NCBI RefSeq assembly: GCF_009914755.1
Contig: NC_060928.1
DNA length: 64,000 nt
Reading direction: 5' to 3' (one strand)
DNA from: the human T2T-CHM13v2.0 reference genome, Homo sapiens
Positions 51,790-64,000 of this stretch are shown here, in pieces (position 1 is the first letter of the stretch; each line of letters begins with the position of its first letter). Below the pieces are notes generated by a model, which was not told where the DNA came from, searched no databases, and worked only from the letters and a program-made list of their open reading frames with translations. Position numbers and translations under genes: made by a program.

Positions 51790-53136
51790 TATATATATAT
51801 ATATATTTTTTTAAACTATCAACCTGGTCATTTTAGGTTTGATTTTAAAGAGGTTTTTGTCTCGTGTTGCATAGGTAGGCATGCATTTAATACTACCTAA
51901 TAAGAGCCACTGTCTAAAACTGAAATTTGCAGATTTTTGAAAAACAATGTAAATGGCATATTCACTTTTTTATTCTAATTGAGGTTACTATTTCAAAGCA
52001 GTCATCATTATTACCTCAGGCTAAAGATAGGTACTTAATGTGTTAATAAAACGTTGACTTCAAAAAGTGAAAAAGGTGATAAAGATCTGAGGCTGCAGAT
52101 TGCCAAGTGAATAGTCTTTGTGATTGACTGGTACTAGGAGAAATAGGCCAGTGTAACTTTTGATTATCTTGGTAAACTATTTATTATAGTAGAATTTTGA
52201 ACTGATGGGTAATAGAGTGAGAAACACTTGGTAGCAGAAAATTATGGTTTGTAGAACATTTCTTGTTAAATATTTCTCAGAGGTATTTTTCAGTTGAAAG
52301 CCTTTGAAAAGGTTGAAAATACTGGCACCTACATTTTCTTGGTTCCAAATCACTGTCACCTTTGGTACAGTAGCAACTTTGGTGGACTATGTTTCTGTAT
52401 GTCATGTTAGATGGGAAGAAAGTAGACTGTCAATGTAATTAGTGTTAGTGAAAGGGGATAACAGAAAATGGATAATTTAGGAACAGTAATGGTGATTTTT
52501 GAATTTCCTAATGGACATTTCTAAGGATAATCATTACTTTAACGCTTAGGTAAAACTTTCATTGAGATATTCTATTCTTATGAGCAATCAAATTGAAAGT
52601 ATAATTTTATAATCAAATGCAAAAGTAAATTTTGAAAGAAATAGGTGATAAAATGCTTCTATAATCTTTTATAATACATCATAATTTTTAAATTATATAA
52701 ACTAGGAAAGACTCTTTTTCCAAATTTTTTCTTTGGATTATGAAAATCTCATCTGAGAGTATTGGTTGATGTACATTAGCACTTGAGTGGACTTAGGAGC
52801 ATCACTCCTCCTTTCTGAATTATGAGAACTATAAATAATTAATGTAATGAACACAGGTCAGAATCCCAACATCAACTATTAAGTGTACGACATTTGGTAA
52901 ATTAACTTTCTCTGAGTGTCTCTGTTTATCAAAATGAGAATGATAGTGACTCTTCATGGAGAGGTTATGATGGAGGGCCGCCATGGATGTTTCAGTGAAT
53001 TGTGTGCTCATGGGAGAGCGATTGCTCTCAGCTATTGATTTCTACTCACCAAATACTCTACTACTACTATAGTATAAATGTCTATACTTTCTGGAGAAGA
53101 GATTCTCTTAATTTAATCAAATGTGATCCACAATAA

Positions 53137-53144
53137 TCTGTCTG

Positions 53145-53192
<48 letters not shown>
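53137..53192. repeat. (TCTG)2(TCTA)12 tetranucleotide STR
   Basis: Read directly from the sequence. Confidence 0.95.
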
Positions 53193-54939
53193 CCTCTTTA
53201 CTGATTTATTTATCTCCAGAATCAACAGAAGAATTCATTTAGTGGCCATTTAAGGAGTTATCATGGTAATTTATATTTGGAGAAATTAGGACTGCCTTAA
53301 CATTTAAAACATCTCCAATATGGCCAATAAGCTACTATAAGCATTGAAGTAAAATAAAATTCTGAGAATTTAATCAATAAGGAGATTATGTTATCTATCT
53401 AAATTATATGCATGGCCTTAGAAGAGTGTTTAGCAGAATCCTTTTCAAGATTGTTTTTACTATTAGAAGAAAAGGAAGATACCCCTAGACATCACTTGTT
53501 TACAGGGCCTCTAAGAGAGAAAAACTTTTTCTACTCCTTTTTATTCTGATGCATCTGTAGCTGTGCTGTTAAAAGCTATAATTAACTTATACTTTTCTTA
53601 GAAAATTCCCCAAAGCTACAACCCTATAGTGTGTAGAGTTCTTTTCACCAACTCTTTAAAAATCAGATTAAGTAGGATAGATAAATTTGAAAATACAGGA
53701 AGATATAGGAATTCTGTTGGATTCCTTTAGGAAGTTTTTTTGTTTGTTTTACACTTTAAATTTACTTTTAGAAATACATCCCAATTTCATTTCTGTTCAG
53801 TATTTGCACTATTTACCACCTTTGCACTATTAACTTTTTCAGATACTCTACAAGATCCTTTGGCCAAAAGCACTAAACTTTAACAAGACTTAATCAAATA
53901 TTACTCCCTTATATTTTACATCCTCCAGGTCAATAGAACAGCTATACATGAACAAAAATACAAGAAAGCCAATATTTTAGACATGTCATTAGCATGAGCC
54001 ACTTGCTGATTACTTAGAATGCATATTTACAACAAATATAAGTATATAGTAATTGTTAAATTCTGTAATAGTGGGTTTCATATCAATAAAGTAAAATACT
54101 AAAATATTAGATAATCACAGAATAATGCTAACTATTACCAAGTGATTTAGAAAAATCTGCTTAAATAAGATTGACCTAGTTCTCAAAATGCTTTAAAAAA
54201 AGTGCATATTCCATCTTGCAGTTCTCAGTTTAGACATTTTCCTAAAGCAAGCTTGGTAACAGAATGTCATTTTAGCCTCAGAACATAAGTCCACCATCTA
54301 TAAAACATGAAGGTAAAGGCCTGCAGGTAAGTTTTCAACAACCACCACTGTGTTTTGCTATCTGAAGCTTACCAAAGTTAGTGAATGTGGCTATTTTCTT
54401 TTTTTCCAGTAAGCTCTGAGAAATACATTTAACAACTTAACTTGAGGCCTATAACAAGGCTTCATGGTGACTTTAAAGCAGGACTAATCCTGGGCTTATC
54501 TCCAAATTCCAGGCAACCTTAACGGCATCCACATGGAAAATGTTGAAATGTGTGAAATGGGCTGGGGCTTAACCTCAGAGATAGGGTATATTTGAACTTG
54601 ACAGTTCCCTGAACTTTGCATGCTTAGATGAATGCAAGTCTAAATTGAGGATAGTCGCAGGAGAGTTGCTGACACACTTTCCTTAATGCAAGTATGGAGG
54701 CACTGCTGTATACCCGAGTATGCACACACAAACAGAGGCACACAGGCGCACACTCACTCATTTCTGCTCCTGCTTGTTTCAAAGTTCCTGGACAGAAAAG
54801 GGAAGTAGTTGAATATTTGAGTTTCAGAAAGATCTGTTATTCTCCATGTACTCTTTAGAAGGAAAAACAGACTTGAAACTATCCTCCCAATGCCAACAAC
54901 TTTCAAGAAATCCAGCTTACTTTTGCTTAGACAGCCCGC

Positions 54940-55312
<373 letters not shown>

Positions 55313-58300
55313 TCAAAAATCTCCTGTTTCTTACATGTTATTACAAAATAAATTTTGCTGTTTGTTTATACTATTTAGTGTGCAATTAATATTGGATTTA
55401 TAAGTTTGTAAAGGACATCGACAATATTTTATGTAACGTTAATTGTTATATTTCCTTGGTAGATATCGCCATTTTCCAAAAATTGTAGACATTTGCCTTG
55501 CTTTCTTGTGAACTCATTTTATAGCATTTGATGTTTAATTCCAATTTACTGTCATACCTCATCCCCTTGCCAATTTTCCCTTTTTGTTAAACAAATAATG
55601 TCTTTCAAAACTTTATAAATCTATTTTGCTTTGGAATCAGCCAATAGATTTTATGCCAAGTTCACAAGGAAAAAATATTATATATATATATGTGTATATA
55701 CAATATGTATGTATACATACATATGTATGTGGAAATAGCAAAGCAATTCCTATAATGATCCACATTACCATTAAAAAATCCTAGACCCTTCACAGGGCTG
55801 AAAGTGTTTTTAAATCTTTAAAATAGCAGAGATATTTTTAATGATTTCACAAATGATGATGTCAAGTCTTGAATTCAATTTCTATTTTACACAAATAGTC
55901 TCCAAGTATACATTAAGGAAAGTTTCCATAAGCAGACAAATCAATCAGCACAAGTTTTACAACTATTCGAAGTTGGAAGATATCAGTGTGAAAAAGGTTG
56001 TAAAACCGAAGAAGAATGGTAGTGCCTTTTTATTTTATATTATACAATACTAACACTAAAGTGCATTTAAAGATTCTGAGACGACAGTCGACAAAAATGT
56101 TTTAGTGCTGGTATTCCATCAGGTACTTCACTAGATTATAGGACAAGCAATTTTTATGTCTCAGATTTATTGAGAGCTAGTCACTCTAAATAAATCTTGG
56201 AGTTATTTAGATTTAATATTCGTATTTAAAATGGTGAGGATAATTGCGTTTAAAAAAATCAAACTACAATATCAAACCAAATACTGTTTAGTAGCAGGAA
56301 CTAAGCAAATGTTAAAAATATAACAGTATATTTAGAAATTCAAGATTATATGCCAAAGAATGGAAAGGAGCTATTCTGCTTTCTGATATTTGTATATCGT
56401 GTTGCATAAAAGTTAAATGTGCAGATTGTCCTAATGGCTCTGTTAACAAATTGCTTTAACATTTGTGAATGTAAGGGAATCTGGGACATTGAGCGACATT
56501 GCTCTCTGTGGTCAGATGTATGAACATACCACAGTAATGTGCAATCAATGTCAGGAAAATTATCCTACAACATAAAGGGGTAAAAGTTTGGGAAGTTACA
56601 AAATAAAAACTCAACTCATAAAAAGTCTTTGTGCATTCGTAAAAGATGGATATTACCCACCAGTAGCAGAATATGCTTGGAGTAGAATCTGTCTCAGAAG
56701 AAAAGCACTTTTGAGATTTCTCTCCCTCTTACTTGTAAATTAAAAATTCAGTCTCACTGGATGTTAATGTCTTCAGAAACAACAGAATTTATCTGACAAA
56801 AATAATGATAGTTATATATCCTTATTGAGTCTCACCTTTGCCTTCATGTTTATGGTAGCTTTGTATTGTCTCCTTTTTCTCCTGAAGTGCGAATGTGAAT
56901 AATCTCTCAAGTGTTCAGGAATGCTACACACATTCACAAGCCTCATGCTTACTACTACAATACTTTATTTATTCTAGTAGAAATCTGTTTTAAGCAGGTG
57001 CTCATTTTGTAAATTAAGAAAAAGGATTTTGAGATACTATAGAAATATATATTTTTTCTTAATAAATTGCATTATGGATTAGTTTTTATAATGAGGGCAT
57101 TGGTAGTCAGAACATTGCAAAAAGTTATTATGGAGATAATATCTTCTGTCTTCTAAAGAAAGTAATAATATATCTCAGTTAAAATTATTTTCAGTTTAAT
57201 TATTTTAGGATTCACATTTAATTTACAAAGATATATTTGCTGAACCATGCAAATAGACATTTTTTATGTAGCTAGCTTTAACAAAAAAGAACTGTTAGAA
57301 GTGTTCTAATGTACGTTGTTTGAGAGAATGGCATTACGATGAAATACATGCAGGCTAATTTGAACATGCATATAAGAATTTTGGAAAATATGTGATAAAA
57401 TGAAGTGATGGAATGGAAAGGCACAACCTAAGTTTCAATGTCTACCCTATATTAGGTTGTATCTTAGTTATCACATGTAGTATTACAGCAAATTCCACAG
57501 TAGAAAAAAATCTTATGCTTGCTTTCTTTTCTTTTATTGTAAAAGGTATGATGAGTACTAAATGAATGAAATAAGCAAAACATACTATTACTCGATTGTC
57601 TTTAAAATGTCTATATTGAAAAGTTTTCTGACTTAGTTAATTTGGGGCTTCTAAATGTTTACATTTGTCCTATGAGTAGCTTTTACATTTTTTAAGCATT
57701 TCATTTTGAAGAGATGATTAATCTCATTTAGTTGTCATTTTTCTAACTCACATTTCACTTTTTTGCAGTTTTGCTCTCTTCTCAAACATTAGTTTGTAGT
57801 ATATGAAATTCCATTTTTTGTAGGACATTAATGGTTGACTTTGACAGTTTTCATATATTTCAATGTTTACGACCAAGCATCTTAAAATCTACCTACCTCT
57901 GGATGGAAAGTCTATCCTGGGCTCATGTTTTAAACTAATACTTTTAAAGGTAGAGAAAAGCATCAGGTGTTGGATAAGCTGCTCTGACTTTCCAACTGCT
58001 TTTTGTGTAGGAAAATTCCACATGGCTGAATTAATATGGGTTTGGCATAGAAGGAGACACTGCTTTTAGAAGCAAAACTGTTACAGCTCACCAACGTCAC
58101 AAAGGCATGACTTCCTCAAGAAAAATAAATTGTGCAATTCATTTCATGGCAGATTAAATCCCATTTATTTTTCTTTCAGACAGCTGTTTTGAATAGAATG
58201 TCACCAGTGTGAAACCATTTTATGCATGTTGGGCTTCAGATCTTGGGCAGGCATAACTTTCTTTGATGAAATAAAAGGTTATGTTTTATGACTATTCCTC

Positions 58301-59571
58301 TTGTCAGCAAACCTCAGCATGTGAGCTTTAATAATGCAATGTTCAGTATTTCAAGCAGCTCTTTTTGATGTCTAAATATCCATCTGCTCTTAATTTAAAA
58401 AAAATCATTGCATCTACACAATGGAAAAAAGAAAACTTCACAAACATTTTCTCTTTTATCCTGAATTATAACACTTACTCAATAAAATAAAAATATCAAT
58501 CTCTCAGCATTCAAGATTTTTCTTAAGCTGACAAGTTTTGAACATCAAATTCATCCATGTTTATGAAATGTGTTTTAACAAAATTCTCCCCTAATAAGAA
58601 TTAAATGTTTTATGTCAACTGAGGAATAAATTCATATTAGAATAATAGGATCTTTGAGATGAGGGATTTGTAGGTGACATGGTACATTTGTAATATTTAT
58701 AAATGAGTAAACAGCAACTGATAAAGATGAAGTCCTAAGTCACACAGTGGGTCAATTTTATATGCTTTGATAAATGCTAGTTTAATTTAAAATGTACAGT
58801 TTTCACAGTTAGGTATCCAAGGTTCCTTTCTTTGTAGTTTTCTCAGATGTTTTATTCTGAGAAACTGAAACAATTCTGATAACTATCATTAATTTAATAA
58901 AATGTACCACAATTATATAGACATTCTAGATAATTGAATCTAATTTATTACCCATTTTTCCTTAGGATCACAACAATAACAGAAACCATCATTTCACTAT
59001 GTGTATACCCAAGTATTGAAATAGAGGATTCATGAGAATCATAATGACTTTAGCACACCAATTCCAGTCTCCATAATGGCCTTCCAGGACTGCAGGGGGC
59101 CAATCAGCGCCTTCCTCCTGGAGAAAACAGTGATTCTAAAGTTTGGAAAGGCTCTCAAAAGTAGTAAAATAGGTCATAAAACAGAGTTAAATATGTTTTA
59201 TATAGCTTCACAGACTGATGTGCCGTAGAATTTATTGAGGTACTTAAATGGATTTTGGGCTGGCCCCTTGTGGGACATCTGATTCTGTCTTTATCCTGGA
59301 AAAAGTGTTAGGCAGCCTAGCAAGGCTGCTTTCCTTTACCCAAACCAAGGCACATTTGAGATTTCACAGGGCCATGCTGGTGCGAATGTCTCCAGAAGAT
59401 AAGGGTCATTCTAGAAGAGAGAGAGGCTGGATTAAGGGTAGAGGAGGCATGGGAAGTTACTGGGCAAATGTCCAGCATTGGATTAGAGACTAATTAAATA
59501 CACATCCTTTATTTTCTCATCTTTTTTCTGCCTGGCCTCTCAAAACGTAGATTGGGAAGACTATATGGAGA

Positions 59572-59591
59572 ATATATGTATATATATATAG

Positions 59592-59625
<34 letters not shown>

Positions 59626-59644
59626 GGAATTCATATATATATAT
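59572..59644. repeat. (TA)n(CA)n compound microsatellite
   Basis: Read directly from the sequence. Confidence 0.9.
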
Positions 59645-60360
59645 GATGCTTTGTAAACTTGTGGCCATCTCACAACACAAAAAAACCTGACTGCAATATT
59701 GTAGTTCTGTAAAGAACTGCTTAATGCTAGCAACTGAGAGGCTAGTGGAGCAATGACGAAAGAAAATTTAATTTTATATCCTGAATAAACTCTAGCTCTA
59801 TCACTTGACAGCTTCGACTTTTACATATAATACTTCTGCAAAATTATTAAGTCCGTATCCAACTTAGTGGAGACACATTTTGAGTTTGAAATAAAATTTA
59901 AGCAATTCTTTTTTTGATTGGGTCCATGTTTTCTTCTGGTTTTGCCAAGTTGAAACTCTGCTTCTTAGAAAATAAATGAAAGTCTCTATGAAAAAAAGAT
60001 TTTCCTTTTATTTGTCCATTTATCTGTCTATTTATTTATTTTACAATACTGAGTATTATAAAACCATAGACTCATGAGATAAGTAGAAATATAGTGAGTG
60101 GTTAAGAGCCTCAGCATTGGAGACAGAGAGTCTTGAATTCAAGTTCCAGCTCTGCCACTTACAGCCCTTGAGGCCTTGCAAAGAACTGGATATGAAGCTG
60201 GATTACAGAAACCAGGTATGATTTCACTATTAAGAAAAATATTTCAAGAAAAGGTATCACCAAACTAGAAAGGGTAGGAAAAATAAGTCCCCCAATATAG
60301 AGAAGAGACAGCAGGTTACTCATTACTGCTTTGCGTAAGTTCATGCTTGAAGGGCTAAAC

Positions 60361-60594
60361 CAAGTTGGTCCAACCCATGGCCTGCAGGCCGCGTGCGGCC
60401 CAGGCTGGCTTTGAATATGACCCAACACAAATTCGTAGAGTTTCTTAAAACATTATGAGATTTTTTTTTGCAATTTTTGTTTTGTTTTGTTTTTAACTCA
60501 TCAGCTATTATTAGTGTTAGTGTATTTTATGTGTGGCCCAAGACAATTTTTCTTCCAGTGTGGCCCAGGGAAGCCAAAAGATTGGATGCTCCTT
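60361..60594 (-). mobile_element. MER30 hAT-Charlie fossil
   Basis: tcatcagctattattagtgttagtgtattttatgtgtggcccaagacaa...ggcccagggaagccaaaagattgga; degenerate 8-bp TSD ggctaaac/gtctgaac. Confidence 0.85.
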
Positions 60595-60797
60595 GTCTGA
60601 ACCATTGCAACATACTCAAAGAAAATGCAAAATTTACCTTTTAACCATGAATAATAATAGTCATGTAATTGTGATGAGGGAAATAACTGCCCAAGACTGC
60701 GGTCAGAAGAATAATTTCTATACATAGAAAAAGGCAAATTTTAGGTTCCAAACTTCAGTGTGCTTGTTTTTGACCTTTGGAAAAAATTCTAAAATAA

Positions 60798-61472
60798 TGA
60801 TGGCTATTAAAAAGTCAAAAAAAAAAAAAAAAAAAAACAGAGGCTGGTGAGGTTCAGAGAAAAGAGAGCACTTATACACTATTGGTAGGGGTGTAAATTA
60901 GTTCAACTATTGTGGAAAGCAGTGTGGCAATTTCCCAAAGACTTAAACACAGAACTACTATTTGACTCAGCAATTCCATTACTGGGTATGTACCCAAAGG
61001 AATATAAATCATTCTGCCATGAAGACACATGCACACAAATGTTCACTGCAGCACTATTCACATTAGCAAAAACATGGAATCAACGTAAATGTCCATCAAT
61101 GGCAGACTGGATAAAGAAAATGGGGTACATATACACTATGGAATACAATGCATCCATAAAAAAGAATGAGATCATATTCTTTGCTGGAACATAGATGGAG
61201 CTGGAGGCCATTATCCTTGGCAGACTAACATAGGAATAGAAACCAAATATCACACCTTCACACTTATAAGTGGGAACTTAATGATGAGAATACATTGGGG
61301 CCTACTTGAGGGTGAAGGGTGGGAGGAGGGACAGGATAAGAAAAAATAAATATTGGGTACTAGGCTTAGTACCTGGGTGATGAAATAATCTGTACAACAA
61401 ATCCCTATGACATGAGTTTACTTATATAACAAACCTGCACATGTACCCCTGAAACGAAAATAAGAGTTAAAA
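60798..61472 (+). mobile_element. L1PA13-16-like 3' end (ORF2 C-terminus and 3'UTR)
   Basis: Peptide WKAVWQFPKDL...AIPLLGMYPKEYKSFCHEDTCTQMF; 3' end aacaaacctgcacatgtacccctgaa...aaataa. Confidence 0.9.
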
Positions 61473-63739
61473 TGACATCAGTGTTTTTTTAAAGAATCAG
61501 AGAAGTAAGTACTATGAATCAGACTTGGTTTGTTAAGTTTTAGCCAAACATTACCCCTGCTGGAGGTATGAATTTCAAGCTTAGATTCCCTTAAAACTGG
61601 GACTTTCCCCACCACCAGGGGTGATCTTAATTTAGCATCCCATCAAACTGCCCCATGGATCCCACATATAAGGCACATAGCTTTCTCCTGTAAAAAACAT
61701 CTGGGTTTACCCCATATTGAATACAGGCACCAATCAGCCTATCCATCTACCCACTGACTAAAGCACTTCATTCTACTTCTCTGTGAAAGGTGAGACATGC
61801 ATGATGAGTAGTGGCACCTCTACTATAACAGAACCCAGGCTGAGTCCAAAAGATGCCCTGACATATGACTCTCAGCCCCATGGTAAGCTGACAGGAGTCC
61901 CTGAACATATTGTTTTTGCTAAATGTACAGTGTTGTGTTTTGCCTTGCTCCAGATCCCTTACACATCATTATAAAATCCAGAAGAGGGCCTAATGGCATG
62001 ACTGCCCTGCTGACTTACTTAAGACCATAGGTGACATGGTTATCTAATAAAACCACATGGATTTCTTATTGCAAAAATGATCTATGACTCAAAAGAAGTC
62101 ACATTGAGCAGCAAAGATTCAGGGATATATAATTCCAAGATCCACATCTACATTTAAATATCTGCAGCTCCTAAGTAGCAGGCAATAAGTTCCAATGGAG
62201 ATACTGAAAGCTGTACGATCATAAATGATGTATACATTCTTATGTGTATACTTTCTTCTTATGAGAATGCTTTATCACAGCTGACCTGCAGTACCATTAA
62301 ATAAGATTCACTTAATAATTATTACCTTGATTTTAGTCATATGTACCTAGGAAAGTATATTTTCATCTACAGTGGCATGACACATTTCAGAAGTGTCCCA
62401 TAATTCTGTATTTACATAAAAAATGTTAAAAGAGATGCTGTAAACTCTTCTAATTTCTAGGGTACAGATAACTTATTCCTCCTAAATGAACGGTTTTATT
62501 GCTGAGTTGTATGAAGGCAATTTAGTAGTGACCACAGAACTGATGATTGACTTCTAAACTTGAATCAACACACATAGGGAAATCATGGGGTACCGTCTAT
62601 GTAGGATGAGAAAAGAGGGAAATAATGGGAGAGGAAGACTACTTCTGTGCAGTCGATGTTGCACTTGACTGAATAACCTACACCACAACTGTTTGTGATT
62701 GTACTGCTCTTGTTAGAAAATGTAAGGTATTATTAGTATGTAGAAGTTGAAAGAGAATAGAAATGGCTACTTTCAATTATGTTTTCATTATATCAGACTT
62801 TCACCCAGAAGATAGGAAGTCTAATGTGTGAAATATTGCAAGTCCAGGTTTGAAGGCCAGAAGCAATTGCTTTCAAGTCCTGCACAGAAGTTTGCATTCA
62901 GCTTCTTCAGCTTGCTCCCTAATTTGCTTCCTCTATCTCTCCCTGTAATTGAAAAGTGTAAAGGAAACAACATACCTCCTTAGTTTAATATGTTAACACC
63001 TGATGATTAAGAATTGTGTGAAAAAGGGTACAGCAAATGAATGAATGATGATAAACGTTTCAACTTTTAGAAAAGTTCGCCACTCAATATATCTAAAATT
63101 GGTTTTTGCCAATTTCAGAATTCAGAAAGGTAATCTATTTTGTTAGTTTTAGTGAAAACTCAATTTATCCTATACAATAGTAAGTATTGTATGGTAAACT
63201 CAAGTCCTTACCAGTGTAGATCAAGAATGTGTCTTATTATTATTGAGTACTATGAAGGTCCTTTTCTCCTGAGAGAAATTACAAGTCATCATTAGTGGCA
63301 GGTATAGAAAATATTATTTTCAAATTCTTTAATCCACTTTTCATTTTAGGATCAGGGAAGTCCTACAAGGGAGCTGAAGGCCAATGTACATAGCAAAACA
63401 AAAACAAAACAAAACAACAACAACAAATGCCACAGTATTTCACATTAATGCTGGGCCTCTTACTTTCCAAGGTTTGAAAAAGCTTATGGATTCTGGGTCT
63501 GTACTTAGCCTAAAAATCGAACCCAGGATAATAAGCTTTTTCCAAGGCAGTGCATGATGAATAATATCAGTGTATTCTATTCATTTTCAATGTCTGCAAA
63601 CGGGGTTAACCCCCTTTTTTTCATTAGTGAGTCAAAAGGGGCATAAAATGGGGGCACATTGGTTGAAGAAGAGGCCCTGGATGATGGTTCCAATCAAATA
63701 ACCAATGACACAATTTACAGGACTCCCTTTTCTCATTGT

Positions 63740-63935
63740 CAGTGAGTGGTGGTGGTTAAATATGTTATTGGGCATCACCCTAGCTTTATATCTTGGCTTT
63801 CCCTTTACTAGCTGTGTGCTCATGAACAAGTTATATATCTTACTTGTCATGTACTCATGGGAAATTGAGTTTCTACATGTAAAGCTATTTGATCTTGGCT
63901 TGGTACAAAGTAAGCACTCAATAAATTTTGACCAT
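63740..63935 (+). mobile_element. MIR element
   Basis: cccctttactagctgtgtgctcatgaacaagtta...tggtacaaagtaagcactcaataaa. Confidence 0.65.
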
Positions 63936-64000
63936 TATTATTCCGGCTATAAAATTATAGAATTGAACTAGATGAGAGTTAGTAATATCTCCAACAACTT

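Noticed and set aside
51779-51814. AT-rich near-palindrome A9(TA)nT7
   Set aside because: Low-complexity outgrowth of an Alu tail.
55703-55724. 22-nt perfect palindrome atatgtatgtatacatacatat
   Set aside because: It lies within a low-complexity TA/TATG repeat where palindromes are expected.

Overview
AT-rich, repeat-dense primate genomic DNA, almost certainly human because it holds an AluYa5 with all five diagnostic bases. The window lies inside a large gene on the + strand. Two coding exons (13575-13713, 139 nt; 50481-50647, 167 nt) splice in frame across a 36.8-kb intron. They encode the stem and start of the catalytic domain of a polypeptide GalNAc-transferase that I recognise as GALNTL6 (GALNT10 paralogue; probably exons 4 and 5). 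Everything else is intronic: several L1s (mostly antisense to the gene, some nested), 13 Alu elements or fragments, solo LTRs (MER50, MST, THE1, MLT/LTR33-like), DNA-transposon fossils (MER44, MER5, MER30), MIR/L2 remnants and microsatellites. Almost all ORFs in the supplied track are L1/Alu-derived or chance. I found no convincing novel biological system. The best leads are a possible stop-free 306-nt two-exon circRNA, an L1 antisense promoter aimed at the first exon shown, an unexplained near-perfect 117-nt hairpin, template-switch scars, a candidate poison exon and a very young AluYa5. Repeat subfamily names come from recalled consensus sequences and need RepeatMasker/Dfam confirmation.
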